Of a DNA stretch of 64,000 nucleotides, positions 1 to 11,808 are shown piece by piece. Source of the DNA: Lingula anatina (Eukaryota > Animalia > Brachiopoda); NCBI GenBank assembly GCA_051362555.1, contig CM120645.1, positions 1,302,001-1,366,000 of the forward strand, written 5' to 3'. Below the pieces are notes generated by a model. The model ran no database searches and was not told the origin of the DNA. It saw only the letters and a program-made list of their open reading frames with translations. The first letter of the stretch is position 1. Each line of letters begins with the position of its first letter. The position numbers and the translations under genes were made by a program.

Positions 1-1582
1 AAACTGTGTGAACCGGTGCTGATATTATTTTGAAGGAAAATTTAAGGTGTAAAATCAAGCACTTCCAAATTAGCTAACTTAGGTGATTGCATCAAATAAC
101 CCATGGTTTGCAGCTAGGAGTAAAAAAAAAAAAATAATAATAATTAAATAAATAAAAAAACTGAAAAATAATAAAATAAAAAAATATGGAATAAACTGAG
201 GAAAATATAACAAACTATTAAATGCTCTTGAAGTTAGATGAGGTATGATGTATTACATTGAAAACAAGCAAAAACATTTTTATATAGTTTTGGAAGTGTG
301 TGGTATAATTAAGGCACAGGAAATGGATTCCTTGAACATTAGACTGAAAGATACCATGTTCAAAAGTGTATTAAATAATTGCAAAATACCTCTAAACTGA
401 ATTATTGCATTTTCTAAATGTTTCAGCAGAAGATGCTTTACGTATTTGTATCTGATTTCTCTAAATTTCACCATTCTAATCATATACTGATGATTGATAA
501 AGGTACACACGAAAATATTTCATACAAATATAAAACTATTTTATATGCAGATCAAGAGTAATCATTTGCTATTGTTATTATGTATGCAGTAACAGCTGTT
601 ATTGCTACTATAACTGATACATAATTGGTACTTTGTAATTTTGATAAAAGCCTTGAAATACTGAAATAAATATATGTTCTTTAACAATGTACCTTTTGAA
701 GTGTCCTTTTGCATATTTATAGCTGCTGTATGTCAACAAAATGCTGGATGCAGCTTTTCCAGGGATTGCTCCACTAATTGTGAGAATTCAGTCACCTGAA
801 GTAGTAAATTTACAAAAGCACTGTCAACAAATTATTTTTGTATTTAGATCATGTTTCTTTATTAATGTAAATGCATAATATTAATGAAAAGGAATGTACT
901 GTACCAATTTCCATGTAACTATACAATGTTTAAGCCATATAAAAATGTTCTCAAACAAAAAAAAAATGTTAAGAAAGATGATTATTTTTATTTATTGCAA
1001 CATACCAGGGTGATGCTACTGGTTGTGTGGTGCTCTGTACGGCGAATTGCAGCATACTGAATCTCTCTTCAAAATCATTCTGTAAACAGAAAATTTACTT
1101 AAAAATTTGGAAAAAATAACTTACAACAAATCCTAAATTTTAATGACAATGAATGTGAGTAGGATTTAACTTAATGAGGTGATTTAATATCGGTAGAAAA
1201 AATTATTGGGTCGCCTTTTCCTTGGCAGGAAAATTGCTGGCAGGCTTGTATTAGTTGTAAACAAAAGCATTAAAATAAATATCAAATTCCCTAGTTAAGG
1301 GACAGAATTCTATTCTAGCTTTTTTCAAGTATGATGTGCAGTCAAACTACAGTTCACGGCTGGTTGTAGACTATTCGGACTAATATTCCCTTGCTGTGGT
1401 ACTAAAATATCATAACTTGATCACGACATGGAAAGTAAAACTCTGCCGCCTGTCCACCGTCTCCACGTGCTTTGTGTGAGATCGCTCGATTATCGTCGAT
1501 TTTATCCACATGCTGCAATCCAGCTTCGTTTAATCAAGCTAAGAGACAGACTTACCTCCAATAATGTCAACTTCGAGGCCAT
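1..1582 (-). pseudogene. Possible decayed multi-exon gene running off the window start (exon-like blocks 1582-1556, 1079-1006, 795-693, ~113-1)
   Basis: ATG exon MASKLTLLE ends in GAG|gtaagt. The next block has tttacag|NDFEERFSMLQFAVQSTTQPVASP|gtatg. Further AG/GT-bounded blocks contain in-frame stops. Product not recognised. Confidence 0.3.
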
Positions 1583-2816
1583 TATTAATCAAATTGAACC
1601 AAAAATCTGTCAAAATGACGCTCAATTGTCTTAGCACGCCTGCTCCCCATTCACATGTAGTGCAACGAAAGTTGACCGGAAGTAAAACTACCCAACTCTC
1701 GCCCAACTCTTGTGGTCACAAGCTCATAACACAGAGGGCAATACAAATCTCGCGGGAGGTTGCATTCCATTTCTCTACTTCTATGCTGACACCAAGCGTC
1801 AAACAGTCGACTAATCATATATCGACGCTCAACATAATTTGGATGGTATGATCCGTAAAAATTGTCAGTTTTAGAGAAAATAACATGCATTCATGAACAT
1901 TAAATAAATGCATAGCCCTTTTCAAATTGTCGACCTTTGCACAAATACAACGTCAAATTTTTATTTATCATATTGATTACGATATCACGATTAAGAAAAT
2001 GTTTGCTACAAGTAATATTTTCTGAAAGATCAATTTACTACATGTTTTATAATACCAGATATGCATCACAAGACCTGCGACTGTTTAAACAGTGAATCAA
2101 GAAGTGAACCAAAGGTAATATGCTACCCTCTACCACTACCACAGACTGATTTTTCAACAGATATTCACAGATATGTCTTTGGTTAAATCTATACACTTTC
2201 CTGTACTGTCAACCGAGAATTTCTATACTGAATTGCAATCACTTATCTGGCTTTTATTATCAGTATGGAGCACTAGTATTATTGTAACCTATATTTAAAT
2301 TATTTATATTTAATATATATATAATATTTATATTTGTAACCTATTATTGTAACGAATACTGAAAAGCACATTGATAACCCAAATTAAATAGCCCTCTAAT
2401 CGATTCTAAGTTGGCCCATTTTGACTTGTACTGACAATTTTATTCAAAATTTGTCCACAACTTTTTGTGTCAGGATGTTAACTAACAAACCAACAAAGGA
2501 AAAAATTAAAATTTGTTGGCAGAGTTTATTGCGTCCACACAACTATTTGAGATGAACAGTAAACTGCTCCAATATAAAAACTCAACATTAATAAAAAACA
2601 TAAAATTACTTCACAACAATTAAAATCGTAAGATATCCATGTGTGGATTGATAAACCACAGTAGTACCCAATGCCATTTTTATTACATTTCACGATCTTA
2701 CCCAAAGTTACATGTAAAAATGCCACTCCGCTGCCACCATCACAATAAACACCAGGGCCCGGTTTCATCAAGGCTGGACAGCCCTATCCTATGGATAAAA
2801 ATGGCCGCTATCCTCT

Positions 2817-2996
2817 GGGGGCCGTAGCGATAGTCCGAAGGTTCAATAGTCCGAAGGTTCATTGGTCCGAATGTTCACTATACAGTAGAACCTTCGGACC
2901 AATGAACCCTTGATTAAAAAATCGATGAAAATGGTACCATTTTTCGGACCAATGAACCTTCGGACCAATGAACCTTCGGACTATCGAGACGCCCCC
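2817..2996. mobile_element. 180-bp MITE with GGGGG termini and subterminal 15-bp repeats
   Basis: Inverted arms GGGGGCCGTAGCGATAGTCCGAAGGTTCA... / ...TGAACCTTCGGACTATCGAGACGCCCCC. Direct flanking duplication ATCCTCT at 2810-2816 and 2997-3003. Confidence 0.75.
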
Positions 2997-3615
2997 ATCC
3001 TCTGGATAGAGCTATCCAGAGGACAGTGCATTTCATCAACAGAGGATAGCGTTATCCAGGGGATAAATCAGCTTATCCAGAGGATAAAATTGTCCGCCCG
3101 AAATAGGTGGGATAAATCTGCTATCATGCTATCAAATCGTCAAAAATGTCGAACCTGCTTGCTTTGGGGGTAAATCCTATGAGATTTCACAGGCGTAGAA
3201 TGATTAGAAAGAGAATTTTAGAAGATGTGTGTTTGCTTTTGATGCTTTAAGTGATGCTGAATCAATAGATTACATAACAGACTTTATCAAAGTTGACATG
3301 GCGCCTGCTACGAACAGAACCCATGCAATATCCGTGAGAGACCAATTATCTTTAATTTTACTAAAACAAGCATGCCAAGGCGGCCATTTTGTTGGAAAGT
3401 ATGTCACGACCTTGCCCTTCTACTGCAGTAAACATTGCATGAGGCACAGCTGATGCAATGTGATGTGTTTTTGACACTGGCACTTAAATATCCTGTAGAT
3501 GTTTTCCCCATTATTTTAATGAATGTGCCATCTTGAAATATACTTAGAATATTGTTTATCGTGGGTAATTTATTTTCCAAATATGGTATAGATCACTTTT
3601 TGGTTAGCAACTATC

Positions 3616-5853
3616 CAGCCCGGGAGCCACCGGCTGATTTGACGGTTATTTTGGAAAATATTAGATTTGGCCTCGTTTTCAAAACGTGGAGTGGTAGCCC
3701 CAAAAAAATTTGGCGGGAGACGAAGGCATAGAGACAGGTAAGTTGTACATGTGTTTGTGGAATGAACAGTAGATTTAAATACTAATGAATTTGACGGGAC
3801 AATACAGTATATGCTTAAGTTACATTTTATACACCGAATAAGTCTTCGTGTATCGATTTCACTGAGTATTCTCTAAAGTTACTGGCGATTAGCAAAATGG
3901 CCGCACACAAAACGTCATTGTAAACATTGACTTTTGAACTGTGCCAAATGCAGCTTAAGGGTTTTTTTCTTTATCTGTTCCTGTTTTTTCATAGTTTGGC
4001 AATATTTTTTGAACATATCAAATTTTTATGATGTGCGATGGCTTGTAATTTGTAGAATTTCAACATTTCCAACAAGCTGTATATTCACCGTGCCGGGTAC
4101 CTATCATTTAGTTGATCGAGTGATGGCAGTGGCTTTCTGGTCTCATGCATGGAATGAGTGTCACCGTATAAGTGAAATGTTTGAATCTTGGCTTCTCATG
4201 CAACTTCTTCGTGTTTTAATGTGAAAAAGATGAAGTGGATTGCGAAATAACATTGTCATCCAACCTGCATACACGTATACTGAGTACGTATGTGCATATC
4301 GTGGTGTACCAATACTTGTTTGCAAAGCGGTTTACCTATTTCAAAGATTGCAATAAATTATGATTAATTTCAGTGTGTATGTGTGTGAGCAATTGATAAA
4401 TGTAGTTAGAATTTTTTTAATGATATTCTTTTAAAAACTCTATTATTTATTCTAGGCTTGAATAGCATGAATGGGACCAGGATTATTCCTTTTGCCGTGC
4501 AATTATCATAACAAAAGCGCCCATCATTTCCAAATGCTGTGTGGCAATGAACACCAAAACCTCTGGGATACTTCTAAGGGATGAAAAATATGTGCTCTTG
4601 CTAATATAAATAGTTATTGGTTATCAGTACATAGAAATGCAGTTTGTGAAATCATTTTAGGTTTTAACCACATGAAGTTAGTTAAAAGTGTATGTACAAC
4701 TAAGTTAACAATACATTGTTTTATTTTTACTGTGCAGGTTTTTTTTATATATGTGTAGCTTATAGATAATATCTACTTATCAGAATACAAGTAAAACAAG
4801 TTTATTCAAATGCAAATATGGATTGATACCTGGTATCACTGAAAGAAAATTAACATGACAACTTTGGGAAAATTTATGAAATTATATTATTTGTAAAAAT
4901 TCTGGTCCACTGTGTAAAGGGAAATTGTGTGTTGGATGGTTAAATATACCTTGTATATAAATGTGTACCAATCAAGTAAAGTAGCATTGAATTATCACCT
5001 ACTGGGTAATTAATGTACAATGTAATGTAAAATAACTATTTTGCAATGTACATGTCTCACTGGTAAAATATTTCAGGCTAGTTGAATTTTATGTAAAATT
5101 AAAATAAAATATATACATTGTAGCAATGTGATTAAATGTAAATTGTCTTTCATTGTTATTTTTCATATTTAATGAAAGGAATACCCTCATCAGTTGGCCT
5201 CATGTAATACAAAGGTTTATCTACAATGAAAAAAATGTTAAAATTCATTTGTATTAGCACCGTGGTAAGTTCCAAGAAAAAAATTATTTCATTGTCCCCA
5301 ATACCCAGTTGCTCTATATAAGTAATACTGTGTGAAGGAATAACTAAAACGAGACTGAAGCTCATGAGAAAACACTAAGTCAAAGCGAGGCTTATATGCG
5401 GATATCGTAAGTGAGAGTTTTCAGGCTGACATGGCCGTGAATTGATTTGTGCCATTCACAGCTTAAGGCAAAGTTCTTTACATGCTTACATTGACAGAAA
5501 GCTGAATAAAATTTCCACAACTTGTAGTAATTTCAAGTTGTGCGGAGGCCTCTATAGGTACAAAAATCAAAATCAAAAACGAACTTCCGTAATAGCTTTA
5601 ATAAAATTTCGATTTCAAACTCATTTTTCAACATTAAATATGCTGCAGATCAACTTTTGGGTCATCTCACATTATTCGAAATTTATTTCTCAATATGACA
5701 ATGTACATATTGTAACCCCAAGTACGTTAATAGCCGAGATAATACACCGTTTATGACACCCTATAAATCTCAAAAAATATTGCCCAATTCAAATCCTCGA
5801 ATTTCCGGTTTGTTTAATAGCCACCTAGCGGCAGACCAGTGGCTCCCGGGCTG
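3616..5853. mobile_element. Non-autonomous Academ-like TIR element (YAG termini, 3-bp TSD)
   Basis: TIRs CAGCCCGGGAGCCACCGG...CCAGTGGCTCCCGGGCTG with exact 3-bp TSD ATC (3613-3615, 5854-5856). Interior and right end recur at ~46635-46915, ~25455-26407, ~29245-30295, ~51510-52935 and ~57390-58585. Confidence 0.7.
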
Positions 5854-6995
5854 ATCATGGCTTTTATAATGTTTATAGCAACCAACTGCATTATGGGAAT
5901 GTCTTTTTCTAAATATGGTATTGGATAAATTTTTATCCACTGGATTACTATCATGCTGTTTATCCAGCCTTTGTGAAACACAAATTTAAACAGAGGATAA
6001 CTATACAGAGGATAAGAAATGTATACCTTGGATAGTGTTATCCATAGGATAGCCTATCCAGCCTTGATGAAACCGGGCCCAAAATTCTAACATTACCGAC
6101 ATGACTGTTTGCTTGGTTCTGCTTCGGGGTTGATATCGTGGACATTCCATTAAATGGCGTCACGGAGGTGTGGTTGGCGGGGTACATCGTGCAGGCGGAG
6201 AACGATCCTAAGCGTATGCCCACTGGCCTTTCGGATATCTCCAACTGAACGTACTGCAGGGCATTTTCCATCTTTGCTTGTACTTGGAGGAAAAGGTCGC
6301 GGCCTTCCTCGTAGTCGGCCAGTCTTACGTGAAGAGTGACTATTGCTTTAACGACAAAGATGATGGATGTGTTGTCAGGGCCGTATTTCTGACTGCAGGT
6401 AGAAAAAAGTGCCTGCGCAGCCGTCAGAACTGTTTCCAAATGACGATTACCTCTGATACCTTTACAGCCATCCCTGGGTGTTGGAACTCAGCCACATGGT
6501 TCATAATGAAAGGAAACGATCGACCGTACGATAGTGAGATTATAAAAAAGGGCGCGGCAGTCCTGGACATCCGGAACAAAACCAGGGGGGCACACTAGGT
6601 GCTGATCTACAGGCTGAAAAAAGGCACGTGTTTAGTTCTACATGCTTCTTTTTACGATTTAGGGCGACAGGTTACATCTGTGAAGTCGGGGTAAAATGAT
6701 GACAATGCAGAATAATTACATCAGAATGACAAATGACAAACGAGGGTAAAATTAACCAAGTAAAAATATCCAATTTTATAAAGATGTAATTTTCATCTAA
6801 TTCTTAGCATGATTATGACTACTGCAGCTCTTTTTCTCACCCTTGTCATGACGTCATCACTCTGTTACTTGTCTTGGTCTCCCAGGTACAACAGGGCGCG
6901 GAGAGAAAGACTGAAGAATCTTACTGGTGACGGTGTGAAATTCTGATCCGAATATAACATTTTAATTTTGTGAATTAATTAGAGAACGCGTCAGC

Positions 6996-8130
6996 TTGGC
7001 AAACTTTATGGTATTGAAGCCAGATAGCCTTAAAATTTTGGATATTTGCAATTACCTAGCTCCTGGTTGTAGTTACAGTCAATTTCTTAGGGCGTTTAAG
7101 TACAAAGAATCCAAGGGGTTCTTTCCGTACGAGTGGATGGACTCCTTGGATAAACACGAATGCCCACATCACCCACCCCTAGAAGCATTTTACTCCAACT
7201 TGAAACAAATCGGAATAAGCGAGGCAGATGACGCCTTGTGTCAACGCGTGTGGAAACGATGGGCGAATCCTTTGTTTGGTATAATAACAAAGACGTTGAG
7301 CCGATGCTGGAATCGGTGGCTAAAATATACTCCTTTTACGAAGAAAGGGGTATCATAAGTTTAAAGATGGTATTTGCGTATCAGGCTCAACATTGAAATA
7401 CCTGTTTCAAAATGTAGGGGACGCCTCGTTGATGACAAAAACAGTGATCTTCACTACCTTTAGAAAAATGCCATAGTGGGCGGTCCAAGCATCATCTTTC
7501 ATTGTACCACGAAAGGAATAAGACCTTTCTTCGAAAGGCGACTTCAAACACACCCAAGCTCTGCAAGAAAATCATTGATTACGCTGCCTCTGCTTGTGGT
7601 GCTTGATGCAACCCATGCCAACCGGTACATTTATACGCAGACACGAAACCTCTGAGTATAAACGCGAGTATTCTCATCCACGGGCCAAGAGGCCACGATG
7701 TGGTTGGACTGGGTCGCTTATTCCGATGGTGTAAACATGTAAACATCCGGCATCAGTTCAACGGCACCGAAAAGCGTGTATAGTTATAAGCCTCGACTGC
7801 CTGTCGACATATTTTGCCGAAAACCGAAGGTCGTGTATCAGTACCACGGTTGCTATTTCCATGGCCACCGTTGTCATCTTAATAAAAAAAAGAGTCCCCC
7901 TATAAAGTTATGAATGACACCAAAAGAGTCCATATGACCTCATTGCGAATCGAAACAGAAGAAAGTGGCCAATTCATTAGAGAGCAAGGGTATAATTTGG
8001 TAGAAATATGGGAGTGATAGTTGAAAAAACTTCAACTTGAAAACAATTAAGTGCGTGCCGTTACAAACCGGTACACGCTTCCCACTGAAAGCAAATATAA
8101 ACTGAATTTTGAAGATATTTTGCAAGCCAT
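6996..8130 (+). pseudogene. Polinton/Maverick (adintovirus-type) protein-primed DNA polymerase B relic
   Basis: Motifs KILDICNYLAPGCSYSQFLRAF, KGFFPYEWMDS, EAFYSNLK, AIVGGPSIIF, CLMQPMPTG and inserted nuclease-like VYQYHGCYFHGH, spread over several frames with stops and frameshifts. Confidence 0.8.
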
Positions 8131-9557
8131 GAACAAAATGATTACGTATTGTTACGTCATAATTGCATAACACGTCCCCCAGAGTCCTCCAATGAAATAC
8201 TAAACGTTTGGTCCATATATACTACTATAATATTATTACCTACAATAATGATCCACGTCACAAAAAAGTTTTACGTTACATTACTCTGGTGGGTCAAGGT
8301 ATAACGTGATACGTCAAAAGTGTACAGGTGTATCACACGTTTGAGAAAGTGTTGAAACCTGAATTATTCTGCCAAAGAAATATTCACCTCGTGTAAGTGG
8401 TTTATTAACATCGCTGATGCAGATGCATATATCTTGTGATTTAAATGGTGAAATTTGTATTTTCTTTACAAAAGCACTTGGATAGACGGTAACAACTGTC
8501 ACTGGCTAGGTGGCAGCTTTATGGCATTGTGCCAACGTGGGTATGCCAATGTAAATATTTTTGTTGGTATACCAACATTTGTCCATGTTGGCCCAACGTT
8601 GAAAATCCAAGGCAAACTAGATGCCAACCATGCCAACGTGATTTTGCTATCTAGGTTGGGCGTCCTTAGATATATTCTGACTCTTTTATATTTTTTCATC
8701 AGTTCTAAACCTTTCACCTTGTTCACCCAATTAAGACCATCTCCAGAAAAAGAAGCATATAATTAGCAATAAAGTTCTTTTTCAAACTACAGTAATGCAC
8801 GGTTTGCATGGGCTGATAATAAGGAAGCCAGATGATCATTGTTTTTCCTTATAAGACGGATGGACAGGCGTTGAAGACAAGAAAGACTGACTGACACAAC
8901 ATGAGATTTTCTAATTCATATTTACATAAATTCACAGTCAAAGTAAATCTCAAAAAATCTATTAAACAACAAAATAATTTCAGTGAGTAAATTGATTTTG
9001 AGGGTAAAGGAACAAACAAACATTTCTTAATAAAAAGTGAAATAGTTTACTTTACTTTACCATCATGTCAAATTCGCTATATCAGGAGTCTTTGGGTGAT
9101 CAAATTTATCTTTATATTGCAATAAGAATAACAAAATTTGCCCTGTCTATTATAAGAGGTATATTTTTATTTGTCATATTAAGTCAATCTTGTATTACTC
9201 CAATAAAAGCCATAATGCTGCACTTGCAATAACGCAAATAACAATTCTGGACCATCAAGCAACACATTTGCTTTAACAAAAACTGGCTTAAAATTCGTTT
9301 GTTTCGCAGGTGCAGGCTAAATGTAATTTTATTATTTTTTTTTGTAAACTTGTACAGATATGAACATTCAAAATAGAATCATACTAAATACAATGTCATT
9401 ATTTTTCATCTTATGCGAGGAGCATCCGTTGACGTGAATGATACCAATTATATATGTACATACATTACTACTGATAACTTGTCTTTAAGAATAGCTTATT
9501 CAAACATTACGACAATCTCTCTCTTATCAATCAAGGTGACAGAGCATGATTCAGTTA

Positions 9558-10161
9558 TTACAAAAAGGGTGCTTTAAGTATATATACACGATGGCAGCGT
9601 TCAGCACTATCAAAGTGTCTGTGATTGTGATTGTTTTCACTGGGGATGTCCCCAGAGTCTATATTATGATGTGAGCTGAGATGGCTGAGCTGAGGATGAC
9701 TACTACTATTACTACTGGTATGGTGACTTGGTGACTTTGGAGAACTGGCACTGGATGTGTGATGATTGGGATGAACCTCAGATTCTGGATACAGATCTGG
9801 AAGGATTCACATTATACACATAAATACTAAGCTTTTATGGATTTAAGCATCATAGGTATAAAAATAACTGAACTTCTGCCAAAGACGCCCTAAAGTTATG
9901 GATTAATGATGGCACCACATAATCAAAATGTTGACTGAGCATTTTTATAATAATACACAAAGAAAGAAATTCATTGCCTTCATATGGTATTGGCAATGTG
10001 TGAGATGTGGTGTGAGAATTATGTCCAGGGACACATGGGTACTGTGGCAAGGAGGCAGTGTAGGGGGCAGGGGGCTCTGAAATTGAACACAAATATAAAG
10101 ATGTGGTGTGAGAATTATGTCCAGGGACACATGGGTACTTTGGCAAGGAGGCAGTGTGTGT

Positions 10162-10192
<31 letters not shown>

Positions 10193-11250
10193 GGGGTCAG
10201 GGGGCTCTGAAATTGAACACAAATATAAAGATGTGGTGTGAGAATTATATCCAGGCACACATGAGTACTGTGGCAAGGAGGCAAGGTTTAATTCAATATA
10301 ATTCTCTTCTACAACAGTCCAAATTACAATATAATAATTATAATAATTAAAATGCAGGGTGTTTTCCAGTAAGAACAAACTATTTTCTTTAAATTAGACC
10401 TATCCATGTTCTATTAATCTAAACCAGTAACTTTACTGCTACATTTTCAAAACTGTTATTCATCTATAAAATTGGAATTGCTTAGAAAATGTCATCCATA
10501 TGTAAAAAATACCTGGATTGTCTGTGGGTGACTTGGAGCAGTGATAACTATCTGCTGTTGATCTGGTGTGAGGCAGGGGGCTGGCGTTAAACCACTGCAG
10601 TGGCTGATGATTCATGGCCACTGGGCTTGGTGACCTGTCTCGGACCCCATTGTGATTGGCTAGTTTAGGATGAGGGTTAAAGGTTTGCAGAGAGTTCAGT
10701 CCAGTGCTGCTGGTGCTCCGTGTGCTGGGAGAGCTACTGTCTGACGCACTGCTTGGCAGAGATAAACGGTTGATACTGTGCTCTGTGGAAAACAGAAAAA
10801 TAATATTTTATATCTCCACAGGATAACAGTTATTTTTTCTATTTTATTTTTTCCTATTGAAGATTGGCATCAATTTGTAATTTCAGCTCGCCTAGAATAT
10901 ACCTCACATGAAGTTTTAACCCTGAGGCTTGAATGGTCCTTATTGAGGCAGATAAAATATCAGATACATTTGGTTTAAATTGTCTGCACAACTTTTTACC
11001 AATTCTGAAAATGTGAAAATAGATTTAAAAAATCTTTTAAGTTGTCTCAGTACAAACCTGACTCTGCAGCCACCTGGTGTTCATCACAAGTCAGCGGCAC
11101 TGACTGTTTTAGATCGTCATCCTCCACATCACTTGGAAAGATGGCTGCCGTGCACCCACATTCCGCCTTGGCGTACCGAGGTGTGACTGGAACATGGGTA
11201 ATTTTGAGCTTTCATGTTCTTCGTCTGATGCATTATAAGGTCACCCAGTA
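9558..11250 (-). other. Downstream phase-1 exon set of copy 1: 11186-11058 (cryptic acceptor, damaged 5' part), 10782-10513, 10076-9978, terminal 9796-9558; Ser/Pro/His-rich low-complexity peptide
   Basis: Canonical AG acceptors, with GT donors except GC at 9977. The 270-nt and 99-nt exons are symmetric and open (EHSINRLSLPSSASDSSSPS..., EPPAPYTASLPQYPCVPGH..., DLYPESEVHPNHHTSSASSPKSPSHH...). Conserved with 33194-35027. Confidence 0.55.
10005..10285. repeat. ~2.7 copies of a 96-bp tandem repeat containing a splice acceptor; middle copy interrupted by (GT)n/poly-G
   Basis: Unit atgtggtgtgagaattatgtccagggacacatg.gtactgtggcaaggaggcagtg...gggggctctgaaattgaacacaaatataaag. Confidence 0.85.
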
Positions 11251-11372
11251 AATTGTAGGTAAATGGATAATTCCCCAGTTCAATTGACCTTCAAATTTTA
11301 ATCAGATTGCTTAACATCTGAGGACACATAACATGGCTGCCGCAAGTGGGGAACTCCATACAGTCTGTTCTT

Positions 11373-11495
11373 TTGACCACTTGGTCTATTGAAGGAGGAC
11401 AGCTACTGTAGCTCACTTTGTCCACTTTCCCTGAGATGTTCAAATGATGAATAAAATGTCTTGTCCCCTTTAATTCTGTGAATTTCCAGGAAAGT
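11373..11495 (-). pseudogene. Orphan second CARD C-terminal half immediately after the copy-1 stop codon
   Basis: FLEIHRIKGDKTFYSSFEHLRESGQSEL followed by ...ACCAAGTGGTCAA aligns codon for codon with the copy-2 CARD end FLDIIKTRGDEAFDLLRDCLRKNRQSELASLLK* and its 3' flank. Confidence 0.7.
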
Positions 11496-11518
11496 TTGAT
11501 TAGTCTAAGAAAGTCTGC

Positions 11519-11808
11519 TTACTGGATCAATTCAAGAAGATCAGTCTGTCCTTGCTCCTGAAGACATCGACACAGTGTAACATGTGCCTTGACAGGTTTC
11601 CTGGTTAGAATGTCCAGGAAGATGGCAGTTTTCTCTGGACATACCACCCGGGTAGTTGAGGTTTGGTCATGGTGTTGAGGAGGCTCTGTTCTCACCATTT
11701 CAGCTTCACGATGGGTGATGATGCCTTCATCGAGGAACTCATTTAGCATGTCCAGGAGACAGGGTTCTGTGATTTTTTCACAAAGACTTGGTTTTTCTTT
11801 ATGTAGAA
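11519..11808 (-). CDS. CARD-type death-fold exon of copy 1
   Basis: VLHKEKPSLCEKITEPCLLDMLNEFLDEGIITHREAEMV...EKTAIFLDILTRKPVKAHVTLCRCLQEQGQTDLLELIQ matches the CARD hydrophobic pattern. Confidence 0.8.

Larger units (their letters stand above)
2756..6079. mobile_element. Non-autonomous PIF/Harbinger-like TIR element hosting two nested insertions
   Basis: ~43-bp TIRs GGCCCGGTTTCATCAAGGCTGGA.AG.C.TATCCTATGGATAA at 2756-2798 and inverted at ~6038-6079. Flanks CAG/CAA resemble a 3-bp CWG TSD. Subterminal TATCCA/GGATA repeats. Confidence 0.7.

Noticed and set aside
6038-6439. 133-aa minus-strand ORF
   Set aside because: Ends inside a transposon TIR and has no recognisable motif.
11514-11522. 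Donor-like CA|GTAAGC overlapping the copy-1 CARD stop, linking CARD to the tail exons
   Set aside because: Would be phase 2 whereas downstream exons are phase 1, and copy 2 has a stop at the identical position without a donor.
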